From Giardia intestinalis (Eukaryota), in assembly GCA_000002435.2 (NCBI GenBank), contig CM018793.1: a stretch of 64,000 nt of DNA; one strand, written 5' to 3'. A program made the translations under genes and the position numbers. Numbering within the stretch: the stretch's first letter is position 1; each line of letters starts with the position of its first letter. This document shows positions 50,254-60,237 of this stretch, piece by piece. The notes beneath the pieces were generated by a model. That model ran no database searches, was not told the DNA's origin, and worked only from the letters and a program-made list of their open reading frames with translations.

Positions 50254-53200
50254 CTATTTATTCTTTAAACGAATAAAAGAAAGAAGCTCAACGTTTAATA
50301 CTTGCTGCCTCTTAAACCGAGGAAAGTCTTCTCCAGAAAATAAGAAGTCATTTCCATATGTCTCCGACTGACCTGTCTGAGCATAATACATGTCTCCATA
50401 AAGAACTACAGCGCTTCCACCCCCAGCACCAAAGGTCAGCATTTCCTCTTGTCTAACTTGGAATATGGTGTTTTTTCCAGTCGTATGATAGACCTTTGTT
50501 GCTTGACTCGAGTCTTCTACAGAGCCTCGCGTCTCGTGGGAAAACACAAAGTTATCAGAGGTCCCGTTAGGGATTCCAATCATGCCTACAGGCTGTGTCA
50601 TGAAGACACCGCATACCTGCATATTAGTAGTCTGGATAAGGAGAAGGGATGCAGTGTCATAAACCAATCTCTGCGTGGAGCTGGGAGAACCGACGTGAAT
50701 ATCTCCTCGAGCACACTTGTTCATTGCTGCATAGAGATGTGAGAGGTGCCTTCCGTCGAAGTTCATACTATATATGACTGCCACTTTGTACTTGCTGATT
50801 GAGGTACCCATCGAATGGTACTCAGGAGGTAAGTGCACCAGAAGTTCTTTTATCAAAGGCGTTGTTAAGAGCTTAGACCTACGATCCAGTTGGAAGACTC
50901 CATCGCCTGTCTTGGTTGTTGAATTGGTTATATTACAGGTCATGCCATGTGAGGTCAGATTAGAACAGGCACTTGCTGCGGCCAGCTGGCGAATACAAAG
51001 AGACTTAGATGTTGTATCCACATCTCGTTCTGGATCAAAGTAAAGCATTGCGAGGGAAAAGCCTCCCACGACACGGGTATTAACAGCCGAGTCATTGTCG
51101 CTATCGTCAATACGAGAACTACTGCTCTCCACAACGAGGTTACCATCTGATACGTACTCCAGGGAGCCTCGGCGCATACGCTCAATCTCCAAGCTCTTTC
51201 GGATATCGCTGTTCGTTATTTGAAGGCAGATAGCGTCCATGCATTCTTTTATTACGTCTGCAAGACCCCTTTCAAGGGTCTGGCGCTCTATTGAGAGGAT
51301 CCCGTGGGCACCTCGATTTGTTGGTATGATTGGTGCCCCCTTTCTTGTCTTGTGTGTGTTATAAACTGTCTGCATGATACTGGATCCCACCACAATACTG
51401 TCGTGCTTCAGCATATCGTTAAGCGATTCTATCCCCTGCTGAAGACTCTCAATATTTTCACGCGAAAAGGACTTGCGCATATGTTTCGATGGTCTTACTT
51501 GAAGCAGCGACATTACTGGAAGATCAATGGCCAGGTCGGAGTCACTGAGATCCTTGTTCTTATGGCGCTGCTTTGCTATACTGTCTTCAGGCGTTTTCCA
51601 TAACTTTGAGTCTATCGATTTGAAAAACTGTTTCTCTCTGGTCTTAGACGATGCACAGAATTGCTTTAAACTGATATATACCGAATCTGAGGTACCAGGC
51701 CACAGAGGTTTGGAGGAGCTACTGTACTTCTTATCATATATGTTTCGCTTAGCCTCCTTTTCTGTCTTGCTGGTCATATAGGAAAGAATACTATTGCTAT
51801 CTGCTTGGATAATAGCCTTTTCTCTTGCTGTCATGGTAACGAGCTTCTTGCTTCTAAATTTACGACACCTGCGGCGGAGAATCTCCGAATCGACATCAAG
51901 GCATGGTTCGTAGACATACATTGTAAAGTCTTCTGTTCCGGACGAACTTAAATAATTTGTTGGCCCCCTTACGTTGTCCTGGTTGCTGTCCTCTGTGATG
52001 GTGTCCGAAGACTGTGATTCCTGCACAGATGAGACATGACTTGATCCTTCTGTTGGAAAGTGTTTTCCCGAGAAAGAAGCCTGTTTACCGTGCTTAGTCC
52101 CAAAGCCTTGACTTATGGGGTCAAGATTGGGTTGCGAGAGAAATCCTATGTTGAACCTATCTGGCTCTGCCTTCACCATAGATGTCTCCACGGGACTTTG
52201 AAACTTGACTGTTCTAGGTCCTATACTGGCACTGCGTGCGGATACAAAGGAGGGGATGTGGCTCATTGAAGATGCACCGTGTGTCATCTCGGTCTCTGCA
52301 TGCGATACCTCGTGCTCTCCTGTGTACTCGAGACTGGTGGAGATGGCAATTTGAGATGCAGACCTTATTATAGGCAGGGACGGATCTCGCCTATTTGTTA
52401 CAATAGAAAAGTTACTTCCTAAATCGTGATTGCTTTCGCCTTTATTGTGACCACCATCTTTGGAAGTATGTTGGGTTTCAGTATTTTGAGAGGGAACCAC
52501 CTCCGTGGCGTTTGGAAAATAGGCTGTCAACGAAGTTTTTCGGGGCTCCCACGTTGAAATCTTTTTACCAACCTGTAGGGTATGTGAACTAAGTAAAGTT
52601 TTATTAAGTTGGTTCATTAGGGCATCTATCTTGCGAGGCAGACCAAAAAAGATTAACACTGATTCGTCATATAATCGAATTTTCAGGTATCTGTGTACAC
52701 CGCTTCGAGCTGTCACCAGTTGTGAAAACCGATCAATCAAGATTGGCGAGCTAAGAAAACTGTTGGACTTAACCTTGCAGTTGTCTGAAAGTAGGTAGCT
52801 AGATCGGTAGCTGATTATTTTACGTAGAAAGGAGAGATTGAGCACTCTGTACTTGGTTTTCTTGGAGCGGCAGGGGTTGATAGCCCCAAAGCAGTGATAG
52901 AAGTTTAGCGGGCAAGACTCGTCTTTAACCCGGCCTTTATGAGCCTTAAACTCAGCATTAATCGCTGAAAGAGTCGTATCATCAGGGGCTACACCTAAGG
53001 CTCGCAGAATGATAAGCTCGTCATGCTGAAATCTGGGTTCTTCTAAGCATGAATGAACGGTTACACAATCTATGCAGTAGAGGTTTAAGAGGGATGTATG
53101 GCTAGAGTTAGAGCAGAAGTTGGTTGAATAGCTGTAAGATTGGGTTTCCATGGCCAAAAAGGCGAGGGAGTTGCCCCCAATAGTGGCCTTGCCTGGGATC

Positions 53201-53418
53201 AGTCGTCCAGTGGGAAGCACCAGGAACACATATGTTGAGAAATCATCAATACGTGGTGGCACAATCCATCCGCACGCTGGTTGCTTCGAGGTTGACGGTG
53301 TACACATTTTTTGATGTTCAAAGCTATTATTGAAGTCGCAATCCAAACTTCCCTCTGATGAGCACCTGAGATGGATGAGTTTAAACCTTGCAAGCACGAT
53401 AGCTATATACAGAATCAC
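50254..53418 (-). CDS. TLDc-domain protein (Oxr1/NCOA7-like) with long N-terminal region
   Basis: 1054-aa ORF. C-terminal ~170 aa (RLVYDTASLLLIQTTNMQVCGVFMTQPVG...TFGAGGGSAVVLYGDMYYAQTGQSETYGNDFLFSGEDFPRFKRQQVLNVELLSF) fit the TLDc pattern. The true start may be downstream of the track's first codon. Confidence 0.65.
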   Translation of the reverse strand: MILYIAIVLARFKLIHLRCSSEGSLDCDFNNSFEHQKMCTPSTSKQPACGWIVPPRIDDFSTYVFLVLPTGRLIPGKATIGGNSLAFLAMETQSYSYSTNFCSNSSHTSLLNLYCIDCVTVHSCLEEPRFQHDELIILRALGVAPDDTTLSAINAEFKAHKGRVKDESCPLNFYHCFGAINPCRSKKTKYRVLNLSFLRKIISYRSSYLLSDNCKVKSNSFLSSPILIDRFSQLVTARSGVHRYLKIRLYDESVLIFFGLPRKIDALMNQLNKTLLSSHTLQVGKKISTWEPRKTSLTAYFPNATEVVPSQNTETQHTSKDGGHNKGESNHDLGSNFSIVTNRRDPSLPIIRSASQIAISTSLEYTGEHEVSHAETEMTHGASSMSHIPSFVSARSASIGPRTVKFQSPVETSMVKAEPDRFNIGFLSQPNLDPISQGFGTKHGKQASFSGKHFPTEGSSHVSSVQESQSSDTITEDSNQDNVRGPTNYLSSSGTEDFTMYVYEPCLDVDSEILRRRCRKFRSKKLVTMTAREKAIIQADSNSILSYMTSKTEKEAKRNIYDKKYSSSSKPLWPGTSDSVYISLKQFCASSKTREKQFFKSIDSKLWKTPEDSIAKQRHKNKDLSDSDLAIDLPVMSLLQVRPSKHMRKSFSRENIESLQQGIESLNDMLKHDSIVVGSSIMQTVYNTHKTRKGAPIIPTNRGAHGILSIERQTLERGLADVIKECMDAICLQITNSDIRKSLEIERMRRGSLEYVSDGNLVVESSSSRIDDSDNDSAVNTRVVGGFSLAMLYFDPERDVDTTSKSLCIRQLAAASACSNLTSHGMTCNITNSTTKTGDGVFQLDRRSKLLTTPLIKELLVHLPPEYHSMGTSISKYKVAVIYSMNFDGRHLSHLYAAMNKCARGDIHVGSPSSTQRLVYDTASLLLIQTTNMQVCGVFMTQPVGMIGIPNGTSDNFVFSHETRGSVEDSSQATKVYHTTGKNTIFQVRQEEMLTFGAGGGSAVVLYGDMYYAQTGQSETYGNDFLFSGEDFPRFKRQQVLNVELLSFIRLKNK

Positions 53419-53495
53419 AGATTTACATGAAAGATCTTAACTTCTGGTGGCACATTCTGGTAGAAAGGAGGTACACATGATAGAGATGAATTAAA

Positions 53496-54101
53496 ATGCC
53501 CGTCCCCATCCCCGGCACGCCCTGCCCCGACTTCGAGGTCGACGTCGTCACCCCTGAGCTTAAGTTCGCCAAGCGTAAGCTCTCTGACTACAAGGGCAAG
53601 TACCTGATTGTCTTCTTCTATCCGCTCGACTTCACCTTCGTCTGCCCCTCGGAGATCATCCACTTCTCGAACCTGGCTGAGCAGCTGAAGAAGAAGTGCA
53701 ACGCGGAGATCATCATCGGCTCGACGGACTCCGTCTACAGCCACTACGCCTGGTGCCTCCAGGGCCAGAACGAGGGCGGCATCGGGACGTGCAAGTGCGA
53801 CCTCTTCGCCGACACGAACCACAAGATGGCCCGCGACTTCGGCGTTCTGGTCGAGGACGCCGGCATTGCGCTCCGCGGGATGTTCATCGTCTCTGACAAG
53901 GGCGTCGTTCGCCACGTCACGATCAACGATCTTCCAGTGGGTCGCTCGGTGGAGGAGGCCATGCGCCTGGTCCAGGCCTTCCAGTACGCTGATAAAACCG
54001 GCGGCGACATCCCGTGCGGCTGGACCCCCGAGAAGAATGACACTATCATCCCCGACCCCGAGAAGAAGAAGGAGTACTTCTCCAAGACGTTCAAAGAGTG
54101 A
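53496..54101 (+). CDS. 2-Cys peroxiredoxin (thioredoxin peroxidase, AhpC/TSA family)
   Basis: 201 aa. FYPLDFTFVCPSEI peroxidatic-Cys motif and resolving-Cys region. GC-rich codon usage. Antisense ORF 53415..53915 is an artefact. Confidence 0.92.
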   Translation: MPVPIPGTPCPDFEVDVVTPELKFAKRKLSDYKGKYLIVFFYPLDFTFVCPSEIIHFSNLAEQLKKKCNAEIIIGSTDSVYSHYAWCLQGQNEGGIGTCKCDLFADTNHKMARDFGVLVEDAGIALRGMFIVSDKGVVRHVTINDLPVGRSVEEAMRLVQAFQYADKTGGDIPCGWTPEKNDTIIPDPEKKKEYFSKTFKE

Positions 54102-54167
54102 GTAAATAAGGGACCAGTATCTTGCGCGATTTCTACTTATCTACTTAAAATCAAAAACTCAGGAGGG

Positions 54168-55016
54168 ATGTATTCAAATCCCGCATGGGAGTGGTTCCAC
54201 ACAAGGGGCATGTGCGCTCGAAGCAGCGACTATGAGATCTTCTCGTTCTACAGCAGTTTGTATGACATGCTTGATTTGAAGATGTGTGTCTGGGCATTGT
54301 GGGTACTAATATATACGCTTCCTCTGTTTACGTTCATAGAAGTATGCTCCATCACCCTTGCAACGCTAAATGCATATATTGCAGGACTTCTAGTGCCTAT
54401 TCCGGCTCCGTGTTTGTATTCTGTATATATATCGGTAAGAGTTTTTTCGGCTGATGAGTTCATCCTCTTTCCCGCTGTACTCATGCTCCTTCTGCGAGCA
54501 GTCTTTACGCCTTTGAAGAAGGAGCTATCGACGCTATTTTTCTGGACCAACTTCATATGTGTTTTAATCTGTACCGGATGTGTCTCTTTAATTACAGGTA
54601 GATCGAACCTTCAAATGGTTGCTTTCACTGGTATCTTAGCGGTTCTTTGTTACATATATGCCACTTGGACACCATTTTGCATGCGCATTGCAGAGGGAGT
54701 TGTCCTTTTAATATTGCTTTGCATATATACAGATAGATCTGCAAGCTTCGAGTACGCCTTCCAGCTCTGTCTCATGGGTGCCATTACAGGCATCTTGGTC
54801 CCCCTTGTATTTTTGACCATGGACCGAACAACCGTTAGGTCAGCATTCCCTATTCTTTTTAAGCCAATTGCAATCATAAAGAAAGCTAGGAAGAAAGATG
54901 CGGCGGTGCTGCCCATTGCTTTGAGCTTTTCTTTCCTCTATAGCGCCTATCAGATTACTCTTCTTGTACCCTTGCTGTTGGGGATATACTATTACAAAAA
55001 GTACACGCAAAGCTAA
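54168..55016 (+). CDS. multi-pass membrane hypothetical protein
   Basis: 282-aa ORF with at least 7 hydrophobic segments. Confidence 0.5.
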   Translation: MYSNPAWEWFHTRGMCARSSDYEIFSFYSSLYDMLDLKMCVWALWVLIYTLPLFTFIEVCSITLATLNAYIAGLLVPIPAPCLYSVYISVRVFSADEFILFPAVLMLLLRAVFTPLKKELSTLFFWTNFICVLICTGCVSLITGRSNLQMVAFTGILAVLCYIYATWTPFCMRIAEGVVLLILLCIYTDRSASFEYAFQLCLMGAITGILVPLVFLTMDRTTVRSAFPILFKPIAIIKKARKKDAAVLPIALSFSFLYSAYQITLLVPLLLGIYYYKKYTQS

Positions 55017-55030
55017 AGGTGCTCTAGATT

Positions 55031-56221
55031 CTAGCGTCCGTTATTGTAATAAATATCCGCTAGGTATCGTGCATCAGAATTGATGGGCTCCAGTATATAC
55101 AGACCAGTGTGGTAGTCTAGATACGATGACAGGCTCGGCCTTCCACAGCTGTGTCCTACACTCTCATACGTTCTACACAGAGTCGTCAATTGAGGAAGCG
55201 TTCGGAGAAAGCTGGCAGGATCTGTGGCCACAGCCTCCTTCAACGGTGCTACGCTAACGTCAAAGTGGGGCCTTATTTCTTTAGAAAGCTCAAGAAACTT
55301 ATCCCATTGCTCTATAAGGGTGTATTCGCTAGTTGTGGTGGCTACCACATTAATTATATCTACAAGGGCACTGAGTACTACTGCATATGTCAAGGTTCTG
55401 CCTTCGTTGATGATTTGGAGGATGGTGCTTGTAACCCCCAGGTTAACGTAGAGCTCTGGACGAAATGCCCAGTGAGCCAGTGACTCCTCTGGAAGGGCTA
55501 TGCCTTCAAGGCTTATGCCAGCCGGGCGGAGAATAGACTGGGCTAACTGGTATGCTTCCAGGGAGTATGCATAGGCTTCTGGTTGTGTAGGGCTTATCTT
55601 GAGCGAGACAGAGTCTATGCCTTGAGAGCCTAGATTTTTATTCATAGCAACAATTGCTGTAGATAACTTTTCAATAGATGCGTAGTTAGTCATGTTGTTG
55701 GCATCATCGTTCAAATATGCCACCAGGTTTACGGTATAACCTTTAAGTTTGGCCTTTTTAATGGCATTCTCTAACGATGATGAAAATGGAAGGGTACCCT
55801 TAGCCCACGTATCGCTGTCCCACTGTGCACAACCACCATATAAGTATATCGTTTTGATTGTGTGTCTATCAGTGAAGTTTAGTAGATAGTCAAACGCATT
55901 ATCAGCATTTGATAGGAGGGAGCTGTAGGCAGGTAGCCCATCGAGCTTCGACTGAGACGTATGAGACCATGCATATATAGCTTTCTCAGTTTGGAGATAG
56001 TCGCTGAATAATTCATCAGAGATAGTCTGACCCGACGGCGGGGGGATCAACTGTGGCTTTCTAGTGACGAAGTAGACAATAAGAAACACCACAACACCCC
56101 CAATAACCAACGATGATAGCAGCAGTATAATACGGAGTATGTTTGTGCGTTTCATGCTAGGCTGGGGATCATAGTATCTTTTTGTTTTACGGGCTACTTG
56201 GGGGTCCGCCGGAATGTTCAT
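55031..56221 (-). CDS. type II membrane hypothetical protein (N-terminal signal anchor, large lumenal/extracellular domain)
   Basis: 396-aa ORF with a single TM near the N-terminus (ILRIILLLSSLVIGGVVVFLIVYFV). Confidence 0.5.
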   Translation of the reverse strand: MNIPADPQVARKTKRYYDPQPSMKRTNILRIILLLSSLVIGGVVVFLIVYFVTRKPQLIPPPSGQTISDELFSDYLQTEKAIYAWSHTSQSKLDGLPAYSSLLSNADNAFDYLLNFTDRHTIKTIYLYGGCAQWDSDTWAKGTLPFSSSLENAIKKAKLKGYTVNLVAYLNDDANNMTNYASIEKLSTAIVAMNKNLGSQGIDSVSLKISPTQPEAYAYSLEAYQLAQSILRPAGISLEGIALPEESLAHWAFRPELYVNLGVTSTILQIINEGRTLTYAVVLSALVDIINVVATTTSEYTLIEQWDKFLELSKEIRPHFDVSVAPLKEAVATDPASFLRTLPQLTTLCRTYESVGHSCGRPSLSSYLDYHTGLYILEPINSDARYLADIYYNNGR

Positions 56222-56424
56222 TTTATCTTTGTAACTGTATAATCAGTTGTATAGGTAAATGCTCCCTGTAGTCTCAACCTTTGAATTGTACAGAAACTAT
56301 TCATCGCCCCAATGGCAGATGACTTGAGTGGTAGCTGATTCAGAGATCTGATTTAGAGCCAGAAGTATGAAAGTTAGGGTAAACATGTCTTCCAGTAGCA
56401 ATTTACAGCATATCTGCTGACTGC

Positions 56425-56988
56425 TTATTCCCGGTCATCGTCAGTGACAGGAAGGCCGTCTAGCTTCTTAAGACCCGGAAGCCTGCGAACAACTTCTCTG
56501 CGCCAGTTTCCAGTAGATGCGTGCTGCTGGTGAAGTGGATTGCCGATAAGAACCAATTCCTGAAGATCGGGCAACTCGGCCAGCCGCTCAACTTCACCAA
56601 ACGAAGCTATGAGGTTGTTTCCGATAAACAAGCAGCGGAGCCTCTTAAGAGATATAAGGGGAGCTAGCTTTTCTATCATATTATAAGAAATCCAGAGCTG
56701 CTCCAGGGTGTCCTTCACGCCATCCAAGCCCTCTATCCTCTTGATGAGGTTGCGTCCCAACGAGAGTATTTTAAGATTCGGAAGGCTATTGAGCCCGGCA
56801 ATACGGTCTATGTTGTTAGAGCTTAAGGAAAGATGAACACAGCCCTTAAGGGTTGAGAGGGACGCGTCCATTCGCTCAATAGGGGGGAACTGGTAGAAGA
56901 GCTTGATAACCTCGGCCTCCTCTGGCTTTTGACCAGTCTTAGCAGCCCATGCCTTAATAGCATCTTTGCAACTAGTGGCTTTACTCAT
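56425..56988 (-). CDS. DNAL1: axonemal dynein light chain 1 (LC1/DNAL1), leucine-rich repeat
   Basis: 187 aa, nearly collinear with human DNAL1. MSKATSCKDAIKAWAAKTGQKPEEAEVIKLFYQFPPIERMDASLSTL...LWISYNMIEKL...LVLIGNPL matches [47 protein letters not shown]...LWISYNFIEKL...LVFVGNPL. Confidence 0.9.
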   Translation of the reverse strand: MSKATSCKDAIKAWAAKTGQKPEEAEVIKLFYQFPPIERMDASLSTLKGCVHLSLSSNNIDRIAGLNSLPNLKILSLGRNLIKRIEGLDGVKDTLEQLWISYNMIEKLAPLISLKRLRCLFIGNNLIASFGEVERLAELPDLQELVLIGNPLHQQHASTGNWRREVVRRLPGLKKLDGLPVTDDDRE

Positions 56989-58710
56989 TTTTAGATCTTA
57001 GCTTATGTTAAAATTGCCAACACTGCTTGCTCAATCCATGAAGTATCTAATGCTGCTACTGAGGTATAAGACTGAGCTAGACCTTTCTCTGCTGACTTTT
57101 AAGTACCTCAATCAAAATGTTCCTATTTTTCCTTTCCAAGTATTCAATGGAGTTAGTGGCCTACTAAAGCAGTTATTATATAGTCTACCTCTGCTATCAT
57201 GATCGATAGTGTGCTAGGCTGCGGCAGAGCAGAAGGCCACGCCGGGCGCCGTGATGTCGTTGGCAGCATTCTGCTTTGCAGCGAGTGCCATTGTGGCGAC
57301 TGAGCCTCTGTTTGCAACCAGAGCAGCCAGGCTATCTGGAGCGATACATGCAGAAAAAAGCCTCACCAATGTCGTTGCGCCACGTAGTTCCGCCGCAGCC
57401 ACACCGTTAATCCTGTCGGTTACGGCCTGCACAGCAGAGAGTCGGCGCCGGTCAACTTGCGCGCCCGCCTGCATGTGAGAAGCACCTGGAAAGTGTCGCT
57501 CGCTGTAAGAAGCCTGGGGAAGGCCGCCGGGCCAGCGGGGGCAGCCACGGATTGACCGACGAAGCGGCTCGATGGGCTGCGAACGCGCATGCGTCAGCCC
57601 TCAGATTCTCCAGCAGCGGAAGGCAAGCGCCGAAAGGCTCTCCGCAGCCCTTGCCAAAGCCCAGCAGCATGCACAGCAGCGCTGTACCACACGCATAAAC
57701 GCTCAGAAACGGAGCTGCGTCAGTGCCCAGGGGAGCGGTCAAGACGTCCCGCACAGTGTCTACGCCCCCGGTGACACAGAGCTCCGCAAGGGCTGCTCCG
57801 AATGCGGTGGCGTCGAGTAAATGCGCGCACACAAGGCACAGCAGCAGCCTCGTTGTAGGCCAGTTGAGGACGCACTCGCTGCTCCACCCCGAGCTGTAGG
57901 TCTGACAGCAGGACGATCCGCTCCAGCCTCTCGGGCCCCTCCCCTGCTGTGCGCGTTGCAAGGCTCGCTGCGAAGGCACACGAGGCAGGGCCGCGCCGTG
58001 CATCCTCGAGCAGGCCGTCACTCAGCGCCAGCAGCTCCGCGTCCTGCACGACGCCGCCGGTGGCGTGGTAGTTCGCCATCAGGGAGCGCAACGAAGACGC
58101 AAGCATGAGCCCTCCTCGGCAGCCTCTCCGGTTGTCCGCCTGTCCGGGAATTATTCTTGCCAAATTGCATACGATTGCATTTTGAGATTTCGTCTCCTTC
58201 CCTGATGGACTGGAGCTTCAGCGTAGCGTCGTGTCTCCCAGGCCCGTCCACGCAGTGGCAGGCTACAGAGCCCGTTTGGCTGTCGCACAATGCACTGGCC
58301 TACCGGGCACGCTGGGCAGCATCTTAGCGCCTCCGACGACGAGGAGCCACTGGCCCTGGACTGCACCACTAGGTCGCCTATCGGGCACGCGCATGCTTCT
58401 TTCCGGGCCCCGTCCATCCAGCTGCCAGCCCCGGAGGCGGAGCAAGTCGGGAGACACCCCTCTGGCGAGAGCACGACAGGCAGCAAGGGCCAGCAGCCTT
58501 GCCATGGTCGCCCTCCTCGGCAGAGAGCCCGGCCCATCGCCCACTCACCGCGGTCTCCGAAGAGCCCTCGCCTCCTGGTCCACCGGTCCGCATGCGTATC
58601 TACTTGCCACGTTATAGTAGCGAAGCCCCTCACCTGTCTGGCTATTCTTCACTCGACGTGGAAGGTGTTTACATGCGTAATGCACCGGCCGTGGACCAAA
58701 TCTTAAGTTT

Positions 58711-60039
58711 ATGGCGCCCAGGGCGTCGTCGCCGGCGGAGGCTCCCTCCTTCCCGTCTGTGTCCTCTGCGCTGCAGATGCTTGTGCGGCCGCCTGTTCCA
58801 GCGTCAACCGGCGGGCATGACCCCGGTGGGGCGAGTCGTCTCCGAGAGGGACGCAGAGCCTGCGACCTGCGTTCTAGGCTGGGCCTTCTTCTGGGCCAGG
58901 CTGACGCGATGTCGGGGAGAAGCCGAGTGGGCCCGGAGACGCACTGCGCAAGGCTCCACCAGCTTCTAGCGCGGCTCGCAAGGCTGCAGGAAACAGACCG
59001 CTTGCTGGACGCCATTGAGTGTTCGAGTGCCTGCATGGCACAGATCAGCGACCCGGCCTGCCTCCGGTGCCTTCTTCGCGCACACTCCGCCCTAAGCATA
59101 TCCCCGCCTCCGGCTGGCCGTGGCGTCTCTCTAGAGAGGCAGCGGCAGTGCATAGCGTCGTCCATCTGTGAGCACTTTTCAGCAGGAATCCGAGGGGCGC
59201 TGGACAGGATCCTTGCTTCGCGCCTCCGCGCCTGCCACGAGACGCGCGCTCAAGCGCATCTTACGAAGCCAGAGGCCTCCGACCAGCTGGCTAGCCTCCT
59301 GTCCGGCCTCCGTGTGGAGGATGCTGCCCCCATTTCGGCGCACTGGAGCGACCAGCTCTTCTACACGGCTCTCTGCCGCGAAGCAGCCGTTGTCTGCGAG
59401 TCCCTGTCTTCACTCGCCCTTTCGGTGTCGGAACAGGTTAGGCGCCGTATGCACCTGGGCGACAGCGGACCCTTGACTGCGCTGCTCCACGCCGCGAGGT
59501 CTTTCGTTTCTGCGTGCGAGCACGCCTTTTCTGTGTCCTTCCCGACTGGGCTGATGAGTGAGAGCGGAGAGGCAGGCCTTTTGCTGGGCGGGATCGAAGA
59601 GACGGGGCCCTACTTTTCTGCGCGATTGAAGCTGGCCCGGGCAAGGGGGCGGCCTCGTGTAATCGGGCGGCTGTTCGGTCGGTCCGCTGCGTCCCCCATC
59701 GAGGCATATGTAGAGCGTATTCGTCAAAACTTCAGCGGCCCTGCAGCATGGGCTCCCCCCTACCCAGAGCCGGGCCAGAGCCTTATGTCTGACAGCTCTG
59801 CTGCGAGGCGGTGGCACACTACCGGCGCAGGCCAGCTCTTCGTCGACTTCCTTGTTTTGTTTCTGGGGTCAATCTTTGATGCATTTACTCTCGGGGATCA
59901 GATTGCAACCTTCCCCTCTATAGGCCTGTATCTCAGCAACAATCCAGTGGCGGAGGAAGGCGGGCTATTCGCACGGGTCTTCGCTACATACTCAGGAATG
60001 GTTGCCAGTGAAGCAGGGAGTCTAAGGGCTATCGAGTAG
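58711..60039 (+). CDS. GC-rich hypothetical protein
   Basis: 442-aa longest ORF in a GC-rich island. Moderately protein-like (A/L/R/S-rich). The antisense ORFs (58545..59165, 59410..59817) are low-complexity artefacts. Confidence 0.35.
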   Translation: MAPRASSPAEAPSFPSVSSALQMLVRPPVPASTGGHDPGGASRLREGRRACDLRSRLGLLLGQADAMSGRSRVGPETHCARLHQLLARLARLQETDRLLDAIECSSACMAQISDPACLRCLLRAHSALSISPPPAGRGVSLERQRQCIASSICEHFSAGIRGALDRILASRLRACHETRAQAHLTKPEASDQLASLLSGLRVEDAAPISAHWSDQLFYTALCREAAVVCESLSSLALSVSEQVRRRMHLGDSGPLTALLHAARSFVSACEHAFSVSFPTGLMSESGEAGLLLGGIEETGPYFSARLKLARARGRPRVIGRLFGRSAASPIEAYVERIRQNFSGPAAWAPPYPEPGQSLMSDSSAARRWHTTGAGQLFVDFLVLFLGSIFDAFTLGDQIATFPSIGLYLSNNPVAEEGGLFARVFATYSGMVASEAGSLRAIE

Positions 60040-60237
60040 AGCCATTACTCTGTCCCGACGAGCCGATCCCGCCTGCCACTCGTCGCCCGTGCAGCACTGT
60101 CCCTCCGGGCACACGACAAGGCGCCTCGTGTGCGACCAGGCCAGCGGGCTCCCCCCTGGGGCAGCCCTCGGAGTGGGAGTCTCAGAGAGGAGGCCGCCGG
60201 GGCACCCCCACCCGCTGCGCGCAATCCGGTCCACACC

